Source: Dehalococcoidia bacterium
GTDB lineage: Bacteria > Chloroflexota > Dehalococcoidia > Lucifugimonadales > UBA3495
Direction: 5' to 3'
Length of the DNA: 64,000 nt
Assembly (NCBI GenBank): GCA_965222895.1
Contig: CBDCVB010000002.1
Location: 1,349,663-1,413,662, forward strand
Below, in pieces: positions 32,190-41,141 of this stretch (its first letter is position 1; the number at the start of each line of letters is the position of its first letter). The notes under the pieces are model-generated. The model was given only the letters and a program-made list of their open reading frames with translations, was not told the DNA's origin and ran no database searches. Made by a program: the position numbers and the translations under genes.

Positions 32190-32444
32190 GTGATACGTAT
32201 TGAAGTACGACTATTCGCTTTGTATCGGGAGCGGGCCGGGGCTGCGCTGGTGTCGGTAGATTTGCCGGACGACAGCACGGTGGGCGATCTTACGGCTACG
32301 GTGCGAGCCGACTATCCACGGCTGGCGCCGCCGGAAGTACGCATTGTGGTGGCGGTGAACGCCGAGTATGCTGACGATGACCAGACGTTGCAGGCGGGCG
32401 ACGAAGTGTGCCTGATACCTCCCGTTAGTGGAGGTTGCGGTTAG
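32190..32444 (+). CDS. moaD: molybdopterin synthase sulfur-carrier subunit MoaD (ThiS/MoaD fold) with two residues after the Gly-Gly
   Basis: VIRIEVRLFALYRERAG..LQAGDEVCLIPPVSGG-CG. The gene lies directly upstream of moaE. Confidence 0.8.
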   Translation: MIRIEVRLFALYRERAGAALVSVDLPDDSTVGDLTATVRADYPRLAPPEVRIVVAVNAEYADDDQTLQAGDEVCLIPPVSGGCG

Positions 32445-32460
32445 TGGAGGTCTCTGAACG

Positions 32461-32943
32461 ATGATCATATTGACGGATGCACCACTGGATGCGGATGCGG
32501 TAACCGAATCGGTGCGGCGCGACGGCAATGGGGCCGTGGTAACCTTCCTGGGTACTACCCGGGATAATTTTGGCGGCAAGACGGTTACGCGGCTGGAGTA
32601 CGAGGCATACGACGCAATGGCGGTGAAGAAGCTGGAAGAGGTGCGGGCCAGCCTGTGCGCGGATTACGGCATTGAGGATGTGGCAATCGCCCACCGGACG
32701 GGTCGAGTGGACGTGGGGCACATCAGCCTGGTGGTTGCGGTGGCGTCGCCGCACCGTCGTGAAGCGTTTGAAGCTTGCCACGAGGCGGTAAATCGTATCA
32801 AGACGATTGTGCCCATCTGGAAGAAGGAATGGTTCGCCGACGGCTCCCGTTGGGTGGCTTGCGAAGACCACGAGTTTGCCGACGAGGCTGAGCATCAGCA
32901 CGCCCACTCGGAACGGCACACTGCGGGTGCGGTGGGGGATTAG
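32461..32943 (+). CDS. moaE: molybdopterin synthase catalytic subunit MoaE
   Basis: ..GAVVTFLGTTRDNFGGKTVTRLEYEAYDAMAVKKLEEV..HRTGRVDVGHISLVVAVASPHRREAFEACHEAVNRIKTIVPIWKKE. Confidence 0.9.
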   Translation: MIILTDAPLDADAVTESVRRDGNGAVVTFLGTTRDNFGGKTVTRLEYEAYDAMAVKKLEEVRASLCADYGIEDVAIAHRTGRVDVGHISLVVAVASPHRREAFEACHEAVNRIKTIVPIWKKEWFADGSRWVACEDHEFADEAEHQHAHSERHTAGAVGD

Positions 32944-32987
32944 GGTAACTCACCCTCGCTCTGGACCAAGCCCACGTAGAATCTCAC

Positions 32988-33146
32988 GCGTACCCGCTTT
33001 AATCTGTCATTGCGAGGAGCGTCCGCTCATCCCGAGCTCGTCGAGGGAGGTGGCAATCTCGATGAGCCTGACCACGCGTAGACGAGCCGGCGTTGCTACG
33101 ACAACGGGATTGTCACGCTACGCTCGCAATGACAAAGTGGGTACGC
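32988..33146. repeat. MITE-like dispersed repeat, copy B (159 bp)
   Basis: Terminal inverted repeats GCGTACCCGCTTTAATCTGTCATTGCGAGG (left) and CTCGCAATGACAAAGTGGGTACGC (right). The interior aligns with the reverse complement of 12219-12427. Spurious ORFs through both copies read ..CHCEE(R/S)P(L/V)IPSSSR(E/D)VAIS... Confidence 0.85.
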
Positions 33147-33210
33147 CTGACCAGGTAGCGGGGATTGCTAATTGACGCCCGAATCCCGGATTGCCGGATT
33201 TGGTTGCGGG

Positions 33211-33789
33211 TTAGCGCAGGCCGTTGATGAGGTGGACTAGCACTTGTCCGGCGGCGATGTCGATTTGCTTCACGACGTGGTGTACTGCGGGCAGTAATAT
33301 CTCGGCGCCTTCGCTGGATTCGACTACGTAGACGTCGTTGCTGCCGGTGATCAGGACTTCGCGGATCTGGCCGAGGTTTTCGCCTTCGTCGGTAGTTACC
33401 TGCAAGCCGACCAGCTGGTAATGGTAGTACTCGCCGGGGGGCAGTTCCGGGCCGGAATCGGCGGCAGCATATAGCCACTGACCGGCAAGGAGTTGGGCGG
33501 CCTCGACGTTGCCGATGCCATTCAGACGCAAAATGGCGTACTCGCCCGGAAGGGATTGGCAGGAGACGATGGTGCGCTCGGCTCCGCCTACGGTCACCGA
33601 ATTGCCCGCGTGAAAACGCTGGGGGTTATCGGAATGGCATTTGATACGCAACGCGCCGTCGAGTCCGTGATTTCTGATCACGCGACCCACCACCACCTGG
33701 TGGTCTGCCGGCGCCGGGGCATCATTTGAAGCCCGGCTACTCTGAGGTGTTGGCCGGGAATTGCGCCGAGGGCGATTCCGGCTAGACAA
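33211..33789 (-). CDS. rimM: 16S rRNA processing protein RimM
   Basis: ..VVVGRVIRNHGLDGALRIKCHSDNPQRF..YYHYQLVGLQVTTDEGENLGQIREVLITGSNDVYVV... Operon context is rpsP-KH-rimM. Confidence 0.85.
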   Translation of the reverse strand: MSSRNRPRRNSRPTPQSSRASNDAPAPADHQVVVGRVIRNHGLDGALRIKCHSDNPQRFHAGNSVTVGGAERTIVSCQSLPGEYAILRLNGIGNVEAAQLLAGQWLYAAADSGPELPPGEYYHYQLVGLQVTTDEGENLGQIREVLITGSNDVYVVESSEGAEILLPAVHHVVKQIDIAAGQVLVHLINGLR

Positions 33790-34009
33790 TCTCCAGCACT
33801 GCGCGCGTGCCGTCTTTGACGGCGGCTACCCGGAGCAGGACTCGCATTGCCTGGGCCACTCGTCCCTGCCGACCGATGACTTTACCCTTGTCCTCCGGTG
33901 CGACTTCCAGGCGTATAACTATTTGGTCGCCTTCGTCGGACTCTGTGACCCGAACTGCTTCCGGGTTAGAGGTCAGCGACCGGGCGATAAACTCAATCAG
34001 ATCTTTCAT
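33782..34009 (-). CDS. KH domain RNA-binding protein (YlqC/UPF0109)
   Basis: MKDLIEFIARSLTSNPEAVRVTESDEGDQIVIRLEVAPEDKGKVIGRQGRVAQAMRVLL. Confidence 0.9.
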   Translation of the reverse strand: MKDLIEFIARSLTSNPEAVRVTESDEGDQIVIRLEVAPEDKGKVIGRQGRVAQAMRVLLRVAAVKDGTRAVLEIV

Positions 34010-34262
34010 CCGCGTGAACCTTGCTGAGGATGCCGTTGAAATCGAAAATACGACGCACTGGGTCGGAGGGTTGAGCGCCTTTGCGCAGCCACTCCACCGC
34101 CCGGTCTTCGTCCAGTGTTACCGCCGGCGGGTCCGCCATGGGGTCATAATGACCGATGCCATCAATGTAAGCGCCATCACGCGGGTTGCGCTGATCGGTG
34201 ACTACTATTCGGTAATATGGGCGGCCTTTCTTTCCCACTCTCCGCAGGCGAATCCGTAGCAT
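33993..34262 (-). CDS. rpsP: 30S ribosomal protein S16
   Basis: MLRIRLRRVGKKGRPYYRIVVTDQRNPRDGAYIDGIGHYDP. Confidence 0.95.
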   Translation of the reverse strand: MLRIRLRRVGKKGRPYYRIVVTDQRNPRDGAYIDGIGHYDPMADPPAVTLDEDRAVEWLRKGAQPSDPVRRIFDFNGILSKVHADERSD

Positions 34263-34411
34263 TTTTGCTCCAACGACGATTTACGTAGTAATCTGAGAAC
34301 TATTGTAAGGGAAAGGTACGTTACTTGCAAACCGGGATACGCAATCAGCGCTATCCGGCTAATACTACGGACGTACCGCCGCAACGATGAGACTCACTTT
34401 GCTGTTGAGTG

Positions 34412-34607
34412 AAAAAGTATCGGGCCCAGACTGGACCTTTGGTACACCGGTATCCCCAAGAACCCTGGGGCGACGGTAGACACTGGTCTGGGCCCGACGA
34501 ACGGGCTAAATGCCAACTTTTCGTAAGCGATGACGCTAAGAGACTTTCACCCCGTCGTGTCCAGACTGGTGCCTACCATCGCCCCAGCATGTTAAACTGT
34601 GTTCCAT
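34412..34607 (-). promoter_or_regulatory. candidate leader/attenuator upstream of rpsP: mini-ORF plus mutually exclusive hairpins and a U-run
   Basis: Perfect 11-bp stem 34421-34431 / 34486-34496, followed on the minus-strand RNA by AUACUUUUUC. An alternative imperfect 35-nt pairing joins 34465-34499 and 34553-34587 (29/35 matches). A 23-codon ORF (34607->34536) has AAGGAGG upstream. Confidence 0.35.
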
Positions 34608-34763
34608 TAGCCTTCACCTCCTTACTCAAATTCCGCACGAGCGCGGTTGAGTTCAATTTACAGTTGGGAGACAGACTTGTCAACCCATTTTACAGCCCGT
34701 TCCACAATAAATTTCGGAGCAAATTCCGCCGGCATTGCCGGAACCCCGTCGCGTTGCCAAGTT

Positions 34764-35684
34764 GTGTTTATGGGCACGCCGGATTTCGTGGTGCCGGTGC
34801 TGGATGGACTGGCGGCCAATCCTGCTCTAAACGTCGTCGCCGCTTACGTTCCGCCCGACCGACCGCGCGGACGGGGGCGGTCGCTGGAGGCAGCGCCGGT
34901 GAAGCAACGCGCGCTGGAGCTAGGCATTCCGGTGGCGCAACCGGCCACGCTGCGCAACTCTAACGTGGTTGCGGAACTGGCCGGTTTCGAGCCCGACGTG
35001 ATAGTGGTGGCAGCCTACGGGCGCATCCTGCCCCCGGACGTGCTGGGCCTGCCGCGTTTTGGCTGCCTGAACCTGCACCCGTCGTTGCTGCCCAGACACC
35101 GAGGGCCGTCACCGGTAGTGAGCGCGATACTGGCTGGCGACGAGACCACCGGCGTTACCCTGATGCTGCTGGACGAAGGTATGGACACCGGGCCGATTAT
35201 CGCCCAGCGCCAGCGGCCGGTATACTGGCACGACGACGCAAATTCGTTGACCGCGACGCTGTTCGCGGACGGCGTTGACCTGCTGAACGAATGTCTGCCC
35301 GGCTGGCTGGCTGGCGCTATCCACGCCAGTCCGCAGGATGATGCGCTGGCGACCTGGACGGCGAAGATCGAGCGGGCGGACGGTGCGGTCGACTGGACGT
35401 TGCCGGCCGCAACGCTGGCCCGCCGACTGCGCGCCTACACGCCGTGGCCCGGCCTGCACACTCGTTGGAACGGCATGGAGGTCAAGATATTGGCCGCCGA
35501 AGCGATTGTCGGGGATGGCGTCGATGCGGGAGTGGTGGTCGACACGGGTTCGTCAAATATTGCCATCGGCACCGGCGACGGCCTGCTGGTTGTGGGGCGG
35601 CTGCAACTGGAAGGCCGGCGTGCCGCAGATGCCGCCGAGTTCCGGCGTGGATACCCGAGCTTTGTCGGGTCTCATCTTGGATAG
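34764..35684 (+). CDS. fmt: methionyl-tRNA formyltransferase
   Basis: VVFMGTPDFVVPVLDGLA..LNLHPSLLPRHRGPSPV..GVTLMLLDEGMDTGPII... The probable start is GTG 34764, not the ORF-track 34647. Confidence 0.9.
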   Translation: MFMGTPDFVVPVLDGLAANPALNVVAAYVPPDRPRGRGRSLEAAPVKQRALELGIPVAQPATLRNSNVVAELAGFEPDVIVVAAYGRILPPDVLGLPRFGCLNLHPSLLPRHRGPSPVVSAILAGDETTGVTLMLLDEGMDTGPIIAQRQRPVYWHDDANSLTATLFADGVDLLNECLPGWLAGAIHASPQDDALATWTAKIERADGAVDWTLPAATLARRLRAYTPWPGLHTRWNGMEVKILAAEAIVGDGVDAGVVVDTGSSNIAIGTGDGLLVVGRLQLEGRRAADAAEFRRGYPSFVGSHLG

Positions 35685-35828
35685 AGGTTTGGGCAAAGTC
35701 CAGCCGTTTGCGCGTTGAGGTTTCCGCTCACCTCAACCCTCTCCCAACAAAGGGAGGAGGGGCTTAATTTGGTGTAAAATGCCCGCAGCGTTGTCTGGAT
35801 TAACCGGGATTATGCGAGGGAGGGAGCT

Positions 35829-36779
35829 ATGGCATTCGCAGGCATACCGACTGAAGCTCAGGTGCTGGAATGGTACCGGAATGAAAACAATTGGGGTCGC
35901 TGGGGCCAGCAGGACGAGCTGGGCGCATTGAATCTGATTACGCCGGCGAAACGGACGCAGGCGGCGGCGCTGGTGCAATCCGGAGAAACGGTCAGCTGCG
36001 CTCGCCCCATCACCACTGAGATCACGCCGGACATTACGTTCCAGGTGCAGCGGTATATGGTGGACAGCGGCGAGGGTCGTGATACCGACCCGCTGGAGCG
36101 GCGCAATTCCCGGCGCGGGGCCGCCGAGTTCATCGGCATGGTGTTTCACGGCCAGACCATAACGCACATTGATGCGCTCTCGCACTACTCTTACGATGGG
36201 CTGATGTATAATGGTGTGCCGGCGGGAGTGGTTACGTCCCGAGAGGGCGCCCAGAGTCATGCGATTGACCTTACTGCTCAGGGGCTGGTGACGCGGGGGG
36301 TTCTGCTGGACATCGCCCGAGTGCGCGGTGTCGACTGGCTGCCTCCGGATGCGCCGGTGATGCCGGAAGACCTGGACGCGGCGGAAAAGCAACTGGGGGT
36401 TACCGTAGAGACGGGCGATATTCTGCTGGTGCGGACGGGCAACTACCGCCGACGCATGGTGGAAGGGCCGTTGCCGGCAACGGAGCCGTCGGTGGCCTGC
36501 CACGTGGCCTGTGCGCCGTGGTTCAAGGAGCGTGGCATCGCCATGCTGGGCACCGACACGTCCAACGACATTCGGCCCAACGAGTATGGCAACATCGTCT
36601 CGCCGCTGCACATCGCGTGCCTGGTGTATCTGGGGGTTTGGCTGATTGACAACGCCAATCTGGAAGAGATTGCCGAGGCTGCCGCGCGCCACAACCGATG
36701 GGAATTCATGCTGTCGATAGGGCCGCTGCGGTTGCGGCACGTCACCGGCAGCCCGGTGAATCCCATAGCCATTTTCTGA
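35829..36779 (+). CDS. cyclase family protein (kynurenine formamidase-like)
   Basis: ..NNWGRWGQQDELGALNLITP..GQTITHIDALSHYSYDG..GTDTSNDI... Confidence 0.7.
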   Translation: MAFAGIPTEAQVLEWYRNENNWGRWGQQDELGALNLITPAKRTQAAALVQSGETVSCARPITTEITPDITFQVQRYMVDSGEGRDTDPLERRNSRRGAAEFIGMVFHGQTITHIDALSHYSYDGLMYNGVPAGVVTSREGAQSHAIDLTAQGLVTRGVLLDIARVRGVDWLPPDAPVMPEDLDAAEKQLGVTVETGDILLVRTGNYRRRMVEGPLPATEPSVACHVACAPWFKERGIAMLGTDTSNDIRPNEYGNIVSPLHIACLVYLGVWLIDNANLEEIAEAAARHNRWEFMLSIGPLRLRHVTGSPVNPIAIF

Positions 36780-36803
36780 CGGGTTGGGTCTCGATTGACG
36801 TTG

Positions 36804-36831
36804 GTGAGGGCGACAATTGTGTCGCCCTCAC
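36804..36831. terminator. hairpin terminator between convergent cyclase and htpX genes
   Basis: Perfect 11-bp stem GTGAGGGCGAC / GTCGCCCTCAC with a 6-nt loop. Confidence 0.55.
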
Positions 36832-36854
36832 GTCGGTTGGGGGAGTTGGTTCAG

Positions 36855-37712
36855 CTAGAAGTTGGGGCGGATATTCATTTCGCGGAGGCGACGCGTCCGC
36901 TCTTCAATTGGCGGGTGCGTGGAAAATAACCTGGCCATGGAACGTCCACTGAGCGGGTTGACGATGAACAGATGGGAGGCTGCTTCATTGACCTTCATGG
37001 GGCGAACCTCCGCACCCAGTTCCAGTTTCTCCAAAGCACGCGCCAGGGCCCCCGGATTGCCGCAGTTATGCGCTCCGGTGGCGTCGGCCTGAAATTCGCG
37101 GGCGCGGGAGATTGCCATCCGGATGACGGTGGCGGCCAGCGGCATGACGATGGCGATGATAAGCAGGCTGATGATGTTGCCGCCGCGGTCGCGTCCGCCC
37201 CCTCCCATGCCGCCGAAGATGGCGGCGAACTGGGCCATGATCGCCAGCATGGAGATGGCTCCGGCAATGGTGGCGACCACGGCCATAATGAGGGTGTCGC
37301 GATTGCCCACGTGCGCCATTTCGTGAGCCATCACGCCGGCCAGCTCATCGCGGGTCAGGATGCGCCGAATGCCGGTGGTAACGGCGACGGTGGCGTGCTG
37401 CGGGTTGCGTCCGGTGGCGAAGGCGTTGGGAGAATCGGTTTCGATTTCGTACACCTTGGGCATGGGCATATTAGCCAGTTGAGCCTGTTCGGCGACCAAA
37501 GCAAACAACGCGGGGTCATCCTCGACGGTAATCTGTTTGGCGTGGGCCATTCCGAGGGCAATCCGGTCGCTGAACCAGTAGGCCCCGAAATTCAATACCA
37601 CGGCGAATACCACAGCGACGACAATGCCCAGCTCTCCGCCAAAATAGGCTCCGATGAGCAGCAGCAATCCGGTGAGCATCATCAGCAGGAAAAACGTTTT
37701 GAGGGTGTTCAT
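36855..37712 (-). CDS. htpX: zinc metalloprotease HtpX (M48)
   Basis: MNTLKTFFLLMMLTGLLLLIG.. is an N-terminal TM segment. HEMAHVGNRD is the HExxH motif. The C-terminal part reads ..SHLFIVNPL..LFSTHPPIEERTRRL. Confidence 0.92.
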   Translation of the reverse strand: MNTLKTFFLLMMLTGLLLLIGAYFGGELGIVVAVVFAVVLNFGAYWFSDRIALGMAHAKQITVEDDPALFALVAEQAQLANMPMPKVYEIETDSPNAFATGRNPQHATVAVTTGIRRILTRDELAGVMAHEMAHVGNRDTLIMAVVATIAGAISMLAIMAQFAAIFGGMGGGGRDRGGNIISLLIIAIVMPLAATVIRMAISRAREFQADATGAHNCGNPGALARALEKLELGAEVRPMKVNEAASHLFIVNPLSGRSMARLFSTHPPIEERTRRLREMNIRPNF

Positions 37713-37918
37713 GATAGCCTCGTGTGCGAGCCAACTGAGTGTGAATCTACCTCTTATTGAATTGTACCATCGGGCATGGGGGAAAATATTAAGCCATTGT
37801 GAAGGCGCTCGCCCGGTGCAGCGCGTAGCCTTCAGGTACAAGTTTGGGATCGCCGGACCCGGTATAATTCTTTTGGTTTCGACCCATTGCGACCCATTGA
37901 TGGAAAGGCGGTGCAACA

Positions 37919-39022
37919 ATGCGTATTACCGATGTGGAAGCGGACATCGTCCGTATTCCCTTGAGCACTCGTTTCAGCGGCAGTGTGTATCAGATTGAAT
38001 CCCGCTGCACTATCGTTACCCGCGTGCATACCGATGCGGGGCTGGTGAGCGAGGTGTATTCGGGCGACGAACGGACCGGATACCAGCTGTTGAAGGACCT
38101 GGTGGTTGGCCCCATGAAGGAAGCGGTGGTGGGTGAGGATCCCATAACTATCGAGCGGTGCTGGCAGAAGATGTTTGCGCTGACGCCGCGCATTGCCGAC
38201 AAGGCAATTGCCATGCGCGCGGTGGCCGCCATCGACGTGGCGCTGTGGGACATTACCGGGAAAGCGCTGGGCACGCCAGTGCGGTCGCTGCTGGGCGGGT
38301 ATGCCGACCGCGCTCCGGTGGTGCGGTTTGCTTACTACGTGCAGGGACGCGACACCGAGGACATGGTGCAGGATTTGTTGCACCAACGCGAGCGGGGAAT
38401 CGGTGGTGTCAAGCTCAAGGTGGGCGGAGTGTCAGTTGCGGATGACCTGCTGCGGGTGCGGGCCATCCGCGATGCGCTGGGCGACGATTTCATCGTGGTT
38501 TGCGACGCCAACCAGGCTTGGACGCTGGACGAAGCGCTGGAGTTCGCAGCGCCGGCGAAGGAGATGGGCCTGGCCTGGCTGGAAGAACCGTGTCGCTGGC
38601 AGGACGCCGACCACGATATGCGCCAGGTGCGGCTGCGGACGGGCATTGCAGTGGCCGCCGGGCAGGGCGAAAGTAGTTCCTGGGGCTGCCAGCGCCTGAT
38701 GGATACCGAGGCGGTGGACATCCTGAATGTGGACGCCGCAATCTGTGGTGGCATCTCGGAGTGGCGGCGCGTGGCCGGAGCGGCGCAGATGCGCGGGGTC
38801 AGGATGGCGCACCACGAGGAACCGCAGCTGGCGGTGCAGTTGTTGCCGGCCCACGCTCACGGTCTGTTTGTTGAGGTGTTCGAGGAAGAACGCGACCCGG
38901 TGTACTACCAGCTCAACAGCGTGCTGCCGGAGTGGAACAACGGTGAAATAGTGGCGCCCACCGAGCCGGGCATGGGCCTGCACCTGGATGCGGCGGTGCT
39001 GGAGGAGTACAAGGTTTACTAA
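37919..39022 (+). CDS. mandelate racemase/muconate lactonizing enzyme family protein (enolase superfamily)
   Basis: MRITDVEADIVRIPL..VALWDITGKALGTPVRSLLGG..GGVKLKVG..VCDANQAW..LAWLEEP... Confidence 0.8.
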   Translation: MRITDVEADIVRIPLSTRFSGSVYQIESRCTIVTRVHTDAGLVSEVYSGDERTGYQLLKDLVVGPMKEAVVGEDPITIERCWQKMFALTPRIADKAIAMRAVAAIDVALWDITGKALGTPVRSLLGGYADRAPVVRFAYYVQGRDTEDMVQDLLHQRERGIGGVKLKVGGVSVADDLLRVRAIRDALGDDFIVVCDANQAWTLDEALEFAAPAKEMGLAWLEEPCRWQDADHDMRQVRLRTGIAVAAGQGESSSWGCQRLMDTEAVDILNVDAAICGGISEWRRVAGAAQMRGVRMAHHEEPQLAVQLLPAHAHGLFVEVFEEERDPVYYQLNSVLPEWNNGEIVAPTEPGMGLHLDAAVLEEYKVY

Positions 39023-39038
39023 TCACGCGACCGGGGGG

Positions 39039-39797
39039 CTATCCTGCGACATCTTCGAGCAATGCTATCTTGTCCCGGAACAGCGCGATGGCGCGTTCCT
39101 CCGGCACTCCGATGAAGAACCTCAGCCCCTGGACGTACTCCACCACTTCCCGCGGGAGCATCCGCAGGTCGTCGCGGGGGCCGGTCGATTTGTAGAGGTT
39201 ATTCATCCAGTCTTCTTGTCCGACGAAGAGGGCATCTTCGAGGACTACCCGGTCCTGCCGCTCCATCTCCGTACTGGCCATCCACCGGGAGAACACGAAG
39301 GGCAAACCCGTCCACGCCTGCCATTCTTCGCCGAGGTCGTAGCGGTAGGGGAATCCACGCGCGCCCCGGCGGTTGCGCAAGGCCGGATTGCCCGTCAACA
39401 GGAAAGCATCGTGTTCCGACTGCAGATCGACGAAAGCAGCCGGTGTTACTTCGCGCTGCTGGGCCAGCAGCACCCGCAGTAGAGTCACTGAGGTGGGGTC
39501 GCCATCGCCAAGGGCGATCCGGCCCCCGTTCAAGTCTGCAATGGGCGTCTTGGAAAGCAGTACGCTGGATGCTCCCATTCCGACTGACGCGACGCAGAAG
39601 CCGCTAATCGGATTGGCCTTTGGGGCCACGCGAAACGTATCCAACAGAGATACCGGCCCGGCGTCGATTTCACCCTGTTCCAGAGCCTCGGCCACGGAGT
39701 TGGGTTCCATGTTTAGCATTGCAATGCCGCGGCGTTCCATATCGAAATAGAACGCCTCGTATTCCAGGTTGGCTACGCGGGCTACGTTGATTGGCAT
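39039..39797 (-). CDS. MqnA/MqnD-family menaquinone (futalosine pathway) protein
   Basis: MPINVARVANLEYEAFYFD..GEIDAGPVSL..YRYDLGEEWQAWTGLPFVFSRWMAS resembles chorismate dehydratase MqnA. The assignment is from memory of the family pattern. Confidence 0.6.
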   Translation of the reverse strand: MPINVARVANLEYEAFYFDMERRGIAMLNMEPNSVAEALEQGEIDAGPVSLLDTFRVAPKANPISGFCVASVGMGASSVLLSKTPIADLNGGRIALGDGDPTSVTLLRVLLAQQREVTPAAFVDLQSEHDAFLLTGNPALRNRRGARGFPYRYDLGEEWQAWTGLPFVFSRWMASTEMERQDRVVLEDALFVGQEDWMNNLYKSTGPRDDLRMLPREVVEYVQGLRFFIGVPEERAIALFRDKIALLEDVAG

Positions 39798-40089
39798 GGC
39801 AAATACTCGCTCCCTGAAAGCTTGAAATCCGGTATTGAACGGGAGTAGAAAACTCGGCGGCGATTGCCACAGCGACAAAGGCGGATCGACGGGCCAACCC
39901 CAGGCGGGGCAAATGACGCACCGGGCAATGGCGAACAGGCTCGCCGCAGGTTCGATTGATTTATGCCAACGGACAACGACCGTTGGTCACGCATGAGAAG
40001 GCCCCCGTTGGTCACCAGCGAAGCCAGACAAGCGGCTTTCGTCCGGTTCTCTCCGGGGGCCTTCCCAAAGGGTCCAGTGCCGTCAGGGG

Positions 40090-41121
40090 TTACAGACGGG
40101 GCCCCATGAAGGTGGAAGATTGCTTGCGATAAACCTGGATGCGGTTGCGAGGTCCTTCACAGACGAAAACTGCATTGGAATCGTCAACTTCTACCCCGGT
40201 GGGGGCCCAGAAGTCCTTTTCCCGCTCCAGTCCTTGCGCGCGCTCTCGCTCCCCCCACATCTCGGGGTTAGCGTCCAGCTTGTCCTTGCCCCACTTGGAG
40301 ACGGTGGCATCGCCGGTTTTGAGGCCGCAGAAGGCGCCGTCAGGGTCGAAGATCTGGAGGCGGTCGTTCAGCCAGTCGGCGACATAGATGATGCCGTCTT
40401 TGTCAACGGCGACGTCGGTGGGACGGTTGAACTCCCCCTCGCCTGATCCGGTGGAACCGAACTTCATCAGGAACTTGCCATCGGCGGTGAATTTCTGGAT
40501 ACGGTCGTTCCGCCAGTCGGCGATGAATATGCTGCCCTGGTTGTCGATGGTGATGCCCCAGGGCATATTGAACTCGCCATCGCCATCGCCCTGCTTCCCG
40601 AACTGGGCCAGGAACTTTCCGTCGGGGGTGAACTTTTGGACGCGGTGGTTGCTGCTATCAACGACGAAGACGTTATCATCCTTGTCGATGGCCAGACCGG
40701 CGGGCCGGTCCAACTCACCCTCACCGCTGCCGTGGCGCTCTTCCCACTTTCCGATGTAGTCGCCGTCGCCGCTGAAGATGGATATGCGGTGCATCCATTC
40801 GTCGGAAACGTAGACGTTGCCGTTGCTGGCGATGGCCACGGTTACGGGCCAGACCAGGGAACCGTCGTCAAAGTTGTACTCGTGGGGGCCCTGCTGCGGT
40901 ACGCCACGGGCAAAGGCGTTGACGTATTCCTCGTCAACGGTGCAGACCGCGATGCGGGTGCCTTCGGGCCGGTACTCGGGAGACCGGCACAGGACATACA
41001 TCAGGTCGTCTTCGCCGCGGGCCATATTGACCGGGTAAGTGAAACCGGGCCCGAACTGCTCGCCACGCCCGATGGTGTGGCTGTACTGGAGCTGTACGTG
41101 CGATATTCTGGTGGGAGTCAT
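40090..41121 (-). CDS. NHL repeat beta-propeller protein
   Basis: Repeated units ..G(S/D)G(E/D)GE(L/F)(D/N)(R/M)P.G(L/I)(A/T)ID..(N/G).(I/V)(F/Y)(V/I)(A/V)D..N(H/D)R(V/I)Q(K/I)F..DGKFL... ATG 41121 has GAGGTGAG upstream. No signal peptide is seen. Confidence 0.85.
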   Translation of the reverse strand: MTPTRISHVQLQYSHTIGRGEQFGPGFTYPVNMARGEDDLMYVLCRSPEYRPEGTRIAVCTVDEEYVNAFARGVPQQGPHEYNFDDGSLVWPVTVAIASNGNVYVSDEWMHRISIFSGDGDYIGKWEERHGSGEGELDRPAGLAIDKDDNVFVVDSSNHRVQKFTPDGKFLAQFGKQGDGDGEFNMPWGITIDNQGSIFIADWRNDRIQKFTADGKFLMKFGSTGSGEGEFNRPTDVAVDKDGIIYVADWLNDRLQIFDPDGAFCGLKTGDATVSKWGKDKLDANPEMWGERERAQGLEREKDFWAPTGVEVDDSNAVFVCEGPRNRIQVYRKQSSTFMGPRL

Positions 41122-41141
41122 ACTCACCTCAAAGTGTCTGA

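Noticed and set aside
34613-34622. CACCTCCTTA, resembling the 3' end of 16S rRNA
   Set aside because: It is an isolated 10-mer with no surrounding rRNA-like sequence. On the other strand it is simply a strong Shine-Dalgarno sequence.
35733-36740. 335-aa minus-strand ORF
   Set aside because: It lies entirely antisense to the cyclase-family gene (35829..36779), which has recognisable motifs. The translation is Arg/His/Pro-rich with no motif.
39997-40064. 10-bp perfect inverted repeat GAAGGCCCCC / GGGGGCCTTC with a 48-nt loop downstream of the NHL gene
   Set aside because: It may be a terminator for the DUF1800 operon. However, the loop is large and no U-run follows on the relevant strand, so the evidence is too weak to call.
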